A DNA stretch of 59,069 nucleotides, counting the filler, from Sphacelaria rigidula (lineage: Eukaryota), in NCBI GenBank assembly GCA_964200075.2. It is 7 parts of 7 records of this genome, joined end to end, with 100 filler letters (N's around TTAATTAATTAA, not from the genome) between each part and the next. Parts side by side here need not be neighbours in the genome. Positions count along the whole stretch, not along the records: positions 50,719 to 59,069 come from CAXNAA020011427.1; 6 more parts are not named here. One strand, 5' to 3'. Of this stretch, positions 50,727 through 59,069 are shown in pieces. Position numbers and translations under genes: made by a program. Numbering within the stretch: the stretch's first letter is position 1; each line of letters starts with the position of its first letter. The notes below the pieces were generated by a model, which saw only the letters and a program-made list of their open reading frames with translations, did no database searches and was not told where the DNA came from.

Positions 50727-50790
50727 CGTACTCATTTGTTGCTTGCCTTAGTCCTTTGACCATTGACCACGCATCCCTTTCGAGACGGAG
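50727..50790 (-). mobile_element. Dispersed LINE-type 3' tail
   Basis: Reverse complement of the tail at 17142 and 32516. Confidence 0.65.
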
Positions 50791-51216
50791 CAGCTGGTTT
50801 TGGGGGGGGGGCTATCGTAGAAAGTGTCGCTCGCTATTTTTGAGTTGTGTGCTTCGAGCCCAAATGCATCCACTGGGTTATAGCACTTGCCAGGGCACGT
50901 CCCGCGCTCAGCAGGAAAAATTGGACAATGGCCTATTATTATTTCTTCTGCAGGTTTTGAGGGCCAGCTTGAAAAGCACGTGGGAATAAGGATCAACCCC
51001 GGAATGTCTCAGTGGTGCGGAGGTGTGTGTGGCGTCTAAATAGGAATATCGTTACCTTGACGCACGATTCCTCTCTGTCAAGGATGTAGTCTAAAATCAA
51101 GTGTATCGCAAGAAACGAAGAAAAAGGGGCGATGGTTCAAGATAGTTAGTAAAGTGTCGCCAAACAGCCCGGACACTTTTTGGAGGCTAGCAATCCCCCC
51201 GCGTTTAGCACCCCTA

Positions 51217-51520
51217 CACACGCAGCCATTTGACCACCCCCCAAAATGCCTCCGGAGGGATGCGCGGCCCTCCAGAGGAAAAGTGAGCCTCCGCAGGCAT
51301 CCAATCCCTCTTGAGGAAACCAAACTCTACCGCCCTGGAGGGTCGCGCACCCCTCCGGAGGCAAAAACCAGCGTTCTGATGCGTTCAATCCCTTTAGAGG
51401 ATACAAAAAAGTGTTCGTATGGCGGGCCGCGCACCGCTCCGGAGGCGTTTAGTTCCTCTGGAGGCTCGAATACTTTACCGCCCTGGAGGAATTTTGGGGA
51501 TAGCCAAATGGCCGCGTGTC
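51217..51520. mobile_element. TA-flanked MITE with CCTCCGGAGG subrepeats (copy 3)
   Basis: TA|CACACGCAGCCATTTG...CAAATGGCCGCGTGTC|TA. Confidence 0.85.
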
Positions 51521-52101
51521 TAATGCTCATCATGGTAGCCGTTGGGCTGGAAAGCCCATATTCGATTATACTTTGTACTTATTGATCATGGTTAACGTCG
51601 TTTTCGCTTCTCGCAATTTTGTTCAAACCACCACACGTGCGAGAACCATGGCGTTGGTACCTGCGGCGGTGCCGCCACGTGCGTCAGCCGTGGCTTACCA
51701 CTAGTCGTAGATTATTCGGCACAAGCTCGACTGCCCTCTCTGCAACAGTGAACGAATTGCCTTCGAACAAACACATTCGTGGGTGAGTAAGTAAGAGATC
51801 ATTCATGCAGCGCCGGGAATAACCTATTTATACTGCCGGTGTGTGTGATTTATTCGGGCTTCATTTCATGGGTGCAACGTGCAACGTGTTGAGAGAAGCG
51901 ATGCTGGTGGGCGCCATGGGAGGTTTTACACCTGCTTGGACCCATATCCAGCGCAAACAAACCTTGCTCCCGTAGTAAGAGTAGTTTCGTATGTCCTCAT
52001 TTGGGCCAGAACCGGGCGTTGCAGGCCGGCAGACCGCGGCACAGACACTGCTTTGGGGACATGGCGTGTCGACGTTCTTTTTCGGTGGAGGGGTAGTTCA
52101 C

Positions 52102-55100
52102 CTTGAAATCCGCATACTTCATATTCTTGCCGCGGAGCTCTTTTAGCTTGTGCCGCTCCCACCACTCGCTTCCAGGCAGTGACTGTCCGCCGTCCTCAAC
52201 GTGCCGAGTATGTTTCCCGTGGTAAATTTCCACCTGTTGATACGAGTCCCCAGCGAGAGAATGACAGCAAGGACGAAGGGGTACGGTGTTGACACGCATA
52301 CAAACAAATGAAGCCAACAACAGAGTCAACATTTGTAAAATAATAATTTCTCAATTTGGAGGATTTGTGCGGATTATGACCACCGTTGTAGGCGTAAAAT
52401 TGGAATTGTGAGGGGTCGAACGGTGGTTGTGAGCCCCCGCGTAGCACGTGGAGGGTTCGAGGCGTGCTTCCATCCACATTTGGAAGAGAACCATGTGCAG
52501 AAGCACGCCAGAGTCTCCGAATTTGCACATGATGTGAAACAACGTTGTGGATGATGACGGATATGTCAGCTTCCTCAGAAGGGAATGCATAGGATACGGA
52601 GCATGACCATACATCCGCAGGCTCAAGTGTGGGGCATGTGTCTGACCACGTTACCATCGCCCCGTGAGAAACATCGATTAGGTGAAGGAGGCAAGCACAT
52701 CACCCGTAGTACGTCCAGCAACGTCCTTGGGGAATATGGCGTGGCAACCTACACAAGAACGCGCGACAAGGTCGTCGTTGAGAACAAGATGCTTCTGTGA
52801 GGGCCCAAGACAACGAACTTGCTGTCGAGCAGTTGCTTCCCAAAGAGAAGAAAGGGGTCATTCGGGGTTAGTTTTCAAATGTTCTCATGGCCGCCGTTGG
52901 CGTGCTTTGCTCGTCACTGCACGCATAGACATGGCAGTACTGACAATATCAACAGTGCGTTGCCGAAAGGTCAAGTAGGAGCGTGTCACTTCTGATCGAC
53001 GCACAGGTTACCAGCTCGGGGGAATCAATGTGCCTCTTCCAAATCCATTGGTACCAGGCATTGAAACTTGAGAGGTAGCGGGATTGTCTTTGCTCTCGAG
53101 GAGCAGAAATCATGCGGACAAGCCGATGTTTGCAGAGAACAAAAAGTACGCGGCGAAGCGATGCTTCCACTTCAAACCTGCGGGGCTCACTATCCACAGG
53201 GAAGTTTGGGGTAAAATTATGTTTTGCCGTAATCGCAGAATACGACACGTGAGTGAAAACAAAAATAAATAATCAGTAATTTTTTTCCGTCTACGGATTC
53301 CATTTTACAGGTATCGAGCGAAATTCGGATGCCCGCTGCTCTTCAATTCTACACACCCCGGTGAGCCTTGTTCGCTACTGTCAAGCCGTGACTAAACGAA
53401 GTAATTTCCAACAGCATATGTCTCCCCTTTCCGTCGCCACCGCGTTCGTTGCTCTCTCGGACGATCAGGTAGCCGTATCCAGGGTGGCTATTGCTCGTGA
53501 TGCGCACGTGTGCTTGAAAATGTTTGTGCTCAGGTATTTCTTCAAGTGACCATTCCCCGGTGCACACCTCAACGTCGTAACCACGCTTGGTGTATTTCTG
53601 GAACTGTGTGCGGGAAACGGTGTTCGCCCACTTGTACCCCCAAGCATAGGCCGGCCCTGTCCACAGGGCGTGAGTCGGAAGAATATCATGAACAGGCGCC
53701 ATGCATGAGGGGGGGGCGGAGACAAGAAGAAGAAATAACACAAATCATGAAACAAGCAACAGTAACGCTTCATTCTTCAACATGTCGAAAACAAGAATGA
53801 CCGACAACGGACGGAATGACAAAATAAAGACAGACTACTTCATCCGGGAACGAGGACGCGGTATTGACCAAGCAATGCCTATTTTAAACTCCCGGCAGCG
53901 TCTTTCACTCGTGAAGACGTTATAAGGTGAATGTTCAAATATCGGAACGACGTGCTGAGATTAATCGGGAATACGTTGGGGATTTTCAGTACGCGCAATT
54001 TGACCTGAGGTCGGATGACAATCAATCGTGCAATCCTTTCATTTTCCAAGGAGCAACCGTTTTTCATCCAACCCGAGCCAGACTGTGCGCGCCAAAACTC
54101 GTCGATTTGTTTTGGAATCCTCCGGTTCGGCAAGTCCTCCCGAGGTGGTATTTGCCGCATACCCGTCCCCGCGTGAGAAACTCACCAGCTGGGCAAAATT
54201 GGAGTAGGTGAAAAACGAAGAAAACATAAACACGCTTCTGTTACCGAACAGTGTGGTCTAACGGAGAAAACATGCGCACATGAAAATCGAAGCAGAGAAC
54301 AAGACCAAACGATATCGCACACGAAAAACATCAAAGCATAGAACAAAAACAAACGTTACTACCAACATCTTGTATCGTAGGAACAGAGGCAGACAAAAAC
54401 GAGATCGACTAGGACGAGACGTACGCAGTGAAGCGTCCGTTTTCATGAGGCGAAGTTCTTCGCAAACCCTCTTCCGTTACACATGGTACACCTTGTGCTC
54501 GGCATAATCGACACACACCGTTCCTTCATCCGCTGCACATGCGACAGGATACGGAAAATGAGCAGCACAATAAAGTAAAAAGGAGATCGTACACTGTGGT
54601 AGGAATCGCGGCCGCCACGTAAAATATCATAACACGAAGATATTGCTAGAAATGATTAACTATACCCCAACCATGCATGAAAATCGCCCCCGCCCCCTCA
54701 CCCCGCCCAACCCGGAGGTGGAATCAACGCATTCTCTTGTTGAACATCCTTGGTAGGAAGGGAGTTTCATGTGAAGAATTACCCATTTTGTGGCGGGACA
54801 AGAAATGTAAACACAAGGAAGAAACCACTGAAAAGCCCTCGCTCCTCTCAAGGGGCCGGCTCCGTGCGGTTGTGAAAAATGCGGGGCATTTGACTTGTGG
54901 CTGCTACACTGTTGTAAGACATTTAAGTGAGTCAGAACAAGTTATGACATCTTGGAAGGAGAAGCCTGCTTTTCCTGAGGATACTGTGAGCCGGTCGCCC
55001 CGGAGGCTCGATTGATAGCCTCGAGGTCTTCTGATGGTTGGGTCTTGTGTTCGAATCTCGGTACAGTCACACCATCTAGGATTTTTCCTCACACAATGCC

Positions 55101-55643
55101 CAGCAGTGGAGAGCGACTATGTCGTGGGTGCACAAAAGTCGACGTCACGGTCGACGAGAGAACGGGACTGCTGAACCCCTCTCGCGCGAAAAAAAATGTA
55201 GGCAAGCGCCGCAGAAGAAGGTGAAGAACTAAAACAATGAAAAAAGAAAAAACTTCCGTGTTGGCATTCCTCCTGTGTGACCCCAGCTGCTGCGCCTACA
55301 TATCCTGGAAAATGTGGACCGGCGTCCAGAAGAGATGGGATGACAACACACACAACACACACAACACTGTGCAATCAAAATCACCAACCGCACATCTGCG
55401 TACATACCTACCGTGATGAACCGGACACGAGCCTGAGGGTAAACGTGGAGCAAGCTTTCCAATGCGCGATACGCGTATAGAGTCATGTCAGCGCTCCCAA
55501 AACCCCAGGTGATCATGACTAACGGTGCAACGGTGGAAGGGGCCCTCTCCAAATGTCCGGACGTGTCGGGTCCTAGTGGTGCCCATGGTTCCAGGTCGCG
55601 GTCGTCTACTGTTTCCCATCCTGCTTCTCGCTTCCATGCCGCC
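52102..55643 (-). CDS. Alpha-1,4-glycosyltransferase-like (GT32) protein, internal exons
   Basis: Exons 55408-55643, 53568-53656 and 52102-52233 join in phase. They give ...VMITWGFGSADMTLYAYRALESLLHVYPQARVRFITVGPAYAWG...FQKYTKRGYDVEVEIY...LPGSEWWER, resembling the region upstream of the DXD motif in GT32 (M.W...ES....P...RGY.V...P...W). The DXD exon was not located. Confidence 0.6.
54991..55368 (+). mobile_element. tRNA-derived SINE in glycosyltransferase intron
   Basis: ccggtcgccccgg...gttcgaatctcgg head, shared body, ACA-rich tail. Confidence 0.85.
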
Positions 55644-57814
55644 CTTTGCGGGAAAGAGCCCAGAACATTGATTGAGCGAAGGAGGGTAGGAGGATGACAA
55701 CAAGCAGCGAGCGTGTTTTTTTCGTCTGCTGTTGAAAGTGTTTGAAATAAGAGACGAAAAGATGCCAACCACACGTACAGAGAAAGCTCAGGGCTAAACC
55801 CCCCCGAAAACAATGGAAGACATCGAGGAGGAAAGGAACACATCAGCGAATGAACATGAGAGTAGGAGTCGAAAAGCTTAACCCATGTGTGCAACATACC
55901 ATACCACTCCACAGTGGAGTAATCTCACTTGGATGCGCCGAAGCTGTTGTACCGTCGTCGGTCTTTCTTGCATCTACTCTTCCCAGAGTAGATCAACACC
56001 CGAGGGGGGAGAAATACAAGGGGAACGGGAGACGTGATGAAAAGTGGGAGAATCGGGGACGGGCGTTGAAAAAGGTGCCAAATCAAGATGGGCTCGTGTC
56101 CTCGAAAATTGTAACCACGACACCCTTTAGCTATCCAATTTCCCCTTCACATACTCCACTCTTTCGCCGCACCACATATTCCCAACGCACAAGGGTTTGG
56201 CAACAGCGTATCAGCAGCTATGTTCACACCAAAGACCAGCCACCAGAGAGCGCTCCAGGTCGTTCGTGTGCCCCCGGCTCTAAAGGGTTAGTTATCGGAC
56301 GAAGCGAAACTACTTGAATACCATCTCAGCAATGTATACGCGTATATATAGATGTACAATGTACCGAAGAAAGTCGACACCTGTCTCCAGCAGGATCACA
56401 AGAGCTAGTTCAACCCTTTCGGGCCCCAGGTCGTGTTGGTCGTCAATGAGTATGGTGTACCACGACGCTTTTCATATCGCGAATAGTACCCAGTCATGCA
56501 TTTGAAATAGAGCGCCGGGCGATCGAGAGACCAACGAACAAAACGCGCAGTTCTTTTTAACGCCGATGTCTCGATAAAATGGGAATCGGGAATGACCAAC
56601 CAGCTTGGATAGGTACGGCAACAGACAAAACTTCCACGGCCATCTCTTGTCCGATTTGGGACGGTAGAAACGGGCAGAAATACGTGGGACGCCTTGGTTC
56701 GTTTCAACTCCCTCCTCCAACGTGGGATCGTTTCCCTGCCACTCGGCAACTCGGCTGATACTGAACTTTCCGGTGGACCACATGAGATATAGCTCCCGAG
56801 CTCGACTTCATATATCTTTTCTCTATCTCGCGGAACAGTTCATGTTGATACCCCCAGCCCAGTGAAGGACTTTCAGATATATCCTTTTGACTTTCGCCGC
56901 TTCGGAGAATCAATTGCACACCTCAAAAAGGTGTAGCGGTGAACATATTCATCAAGAGAAAGAACTACAGTGCATGGTCGAGGGAAAACAATCGGGATTG
57001 TAGATGGATAAAAAGGAATGCCCTCTCAAGCTTACATAGTCGCAACACGCACCGTCCTCGTACATCAAGTGAGAAGCGACTACCTACGCATTTATCCCCT
57101 CCCCCCGAGTTCGGTAAATTACGCCCCCCGTTCACTAGTTCGACATAAGAGTTATTGTTACACAGGAAAGCATCAATAGAGCGCGAGTGTCCGGTCAAAG
57201 AAAGGGGGAACTTGCGTTGACGTGAAAAACTCAACACAAACAGACCGCGCTCAGATGCTGTTCGACTCGATGGGTACAACAAAACAACAAAGCGGACTCC
57301 TTAGAAAGGATTAAAATCTGGGAAACGCAATATATAATATGAATATCAAGGGCTAATCAGCTATCCAGCGATTTTTACCATTCCAAAAACGGGAGAGAAA
57401 GTGTATATAAAGAAAAAAAGTAAGAATGTCAGGGATGTTCTGGTTTTGAGTCGAGGTTGGGGTTGAGTTAGTATTTTGTTGTAAAGCGATCACAATGCAA
57501 ATACATAGATAATATTCATTTATTCTAAATAATTTGTTCGTTTGTTGGGAGTGGTTCGGGTTGTTGGTTGGGGTTGGATTATTATACTTTGGAAAAAGAC
57601 AACACAATATGAATACGACGACAACAGAATAATTGCTGACAAGCAAGTAAAAAAAAGACAACAGCACGACAGCACATTATGAAGGGAAAAAAACAGGGAT
57701 TATAGGAAAGCACTCATTAAGAGAGAAGGAGCATAAGACAATAAAATCGAAGGAGCGCAATTGACAAGGACATGCTCGGATGAAAGCGAATGACGAGAGC
57801 AAACTGAAGATTAA

Positions 57815-57912
57815 CCCTTGGACCGCGGACGTAGTCCATTTAGACTATGCATATTTCTTTCAAGTGGAAGTGATGTCAATTCAGCAGATGACCTACTCTC
57901 GCTGTCCAGGGG
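57815..57912. mobile_element. Tiny piggyBac-like MITE
   Basis: TTAA|CCCTTGGACCGCG...CGCTGTCCAGGGG|TTGA. Confidence 0.45.
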
Positions 57913-57939
57913 TTGAGGGAAAATAAGAAGCAACATGAC

Positions 57940-58726
57940 CCCTGAATTTTTCCGGTTTTCCCACGGGGATGCGCGGGCAGCATTTTAACGCATATCTGCT
58001 CTCAGCCAAATTGATCGCATCTTGTGTGCGTATCACTTCAGCTCATTCATATATTCAGCGCACACCGAAATGATGAAGCGAGCGCTTCAGTTGCGCTGGT
58101 GTTCTCACATTTTTCCATTCGCTTCCGCGCCGACGTACATCACCTCCAATGTTTTCGCCACGTGGTTAATAAACGGCAACACCCGACGAGAAACAAAATG
58201 GATCTGCCGAGGTTCAAGCTTACCTGAACACAGTGAATCGTCAACGAAAAACACGAAACGTGCTCTGCCCGGATTTTTCACTGTACTCAGTGTTGTGTTG
58301 TGCAAACCATCACCGTACCGTACCATCGTCGGCTTAAAGAGCCCATCCCCTCACGCGGATATACACTATATTTCAGCGTTCCCTCACGCGGACAGCCGCT
58401 CTTTTACATTGGTGATAAAGGCATACACGCTACGGTGTGACCGACGCGTAATGATGTAATAGATTTGAACTCAATTGGCAGGTGTGGGGAAGGACTTCAT
58501 CTCTAGGGTTTGCCCTCGGTTCAGCGCACATTGGAATGACGAGGCGAGCGGTTCAACGAGGGCACGGGCGGTTACGCGCAACGAATACGTGCATTGGACC
58601 CCTAGCAGGTCCGAGGAATTTACCGCTTTTTCGACGGGGATGCGCGGGCAGCATTTCAGCGCGTATCTGCTCAGCCAAAATCATCACATCTTGAGTGCGT
58701 ATCCGTTCAGCTCATTCGTATATTCC
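57940..58726 (+). repeat. Imperfect direct repeat of about 110 bp (57940-58056 and 58615-58726)
   Basis: acggggatgcgcgggcagcattt...gcgtatc...ttcagctcattc.tatattc occurs twice. Confidence 0.7.
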
Positions 58727-58729
58727 AAG

Positions 58730-59069
58730 TAGGGATATGTGACACGTGACATTGCGTGACATGTGATGTGAACGTCACGTTTTGGGCGTCAAGTTACGTT
58801 CACGTTAACGTAACGTTAGATGTACAGATGGCACGTTCACGTGACGAACAATTTTACGAATGTGACACGCGTCACGTGTCACGTTACGTTCAACTGCCCA
58901 AACGATCAATTCACGAATTATGTAACATTTCGTGTCATGTGTCACGTATTTTGTACGTGACACGTTTTTTTTTTTACGTTTTGTACGTGACACGTTTTTT
59001 TTTTTACGTTTTGTACGTGACACGAAACATGACACGTGACATGAAACGTTACATATTACGTGACACGTT
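58730..59069. mobile_element. Probable DNA-transposon end with dense CACGT/GTGAC subterminal motifs
   Basis: Abrupt start at TAGGGAT followed by many acgtgac/cacgt motifs and a ~30-bp tandem unit; runs off the contig. Confidence 0.45.

Noticed and set aside
271..55643. Functional gene cluster of ParB-like, formin, OSCA and glycosyltransferase genes
   Set aside because: Each lies on a separate, artificially joined contig.

Overview
This is eukaryotic DNA, inferred to be from a brown alga (Phaeophyceae) because of short exons in kb-size introns, tRNA-derived SINEs with ACA-rich tails, and abundant MITEs. It is not one locus. Six identical 100-bp spacers (N44-TTAATTAATTAA-N44) recur every 8453 bp, so the window is seven independent contigs (six of 8353 bp, one of 8351 bp), and nothing can be inferred across spacers. 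Genes reconstructed by hand from splice sites and phase: the 3' part of a formin (FH2), a three-exon protein with a galactose-binding-like domain and one GC-AG intron, nine internal exons of an OSCA/TMEM63 channel, and three exons of a GT32-type alpha-1,4-glycosyltransferase. There is also one exon with a ParB-like (DGNHR) domain. Repeats include a degraded LINE, a hAT transposase fragment, SINEs, several MITE/foldback families and tandem repeats. The most notable observations are (1) the intron-bordered ParB-like domain, (2) elements whose ends are self-complementary hairpins sharing the apex CAGTCAGCGCTGACTG, and (3) an apparent 6.2-kb inversion between two opposed MITE copies that splits an 8-bp TSD and a LINE. 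No complete new biological system can be demonstrated from this sequence alone. All protein assignments are motif recognition by eye, not search results.
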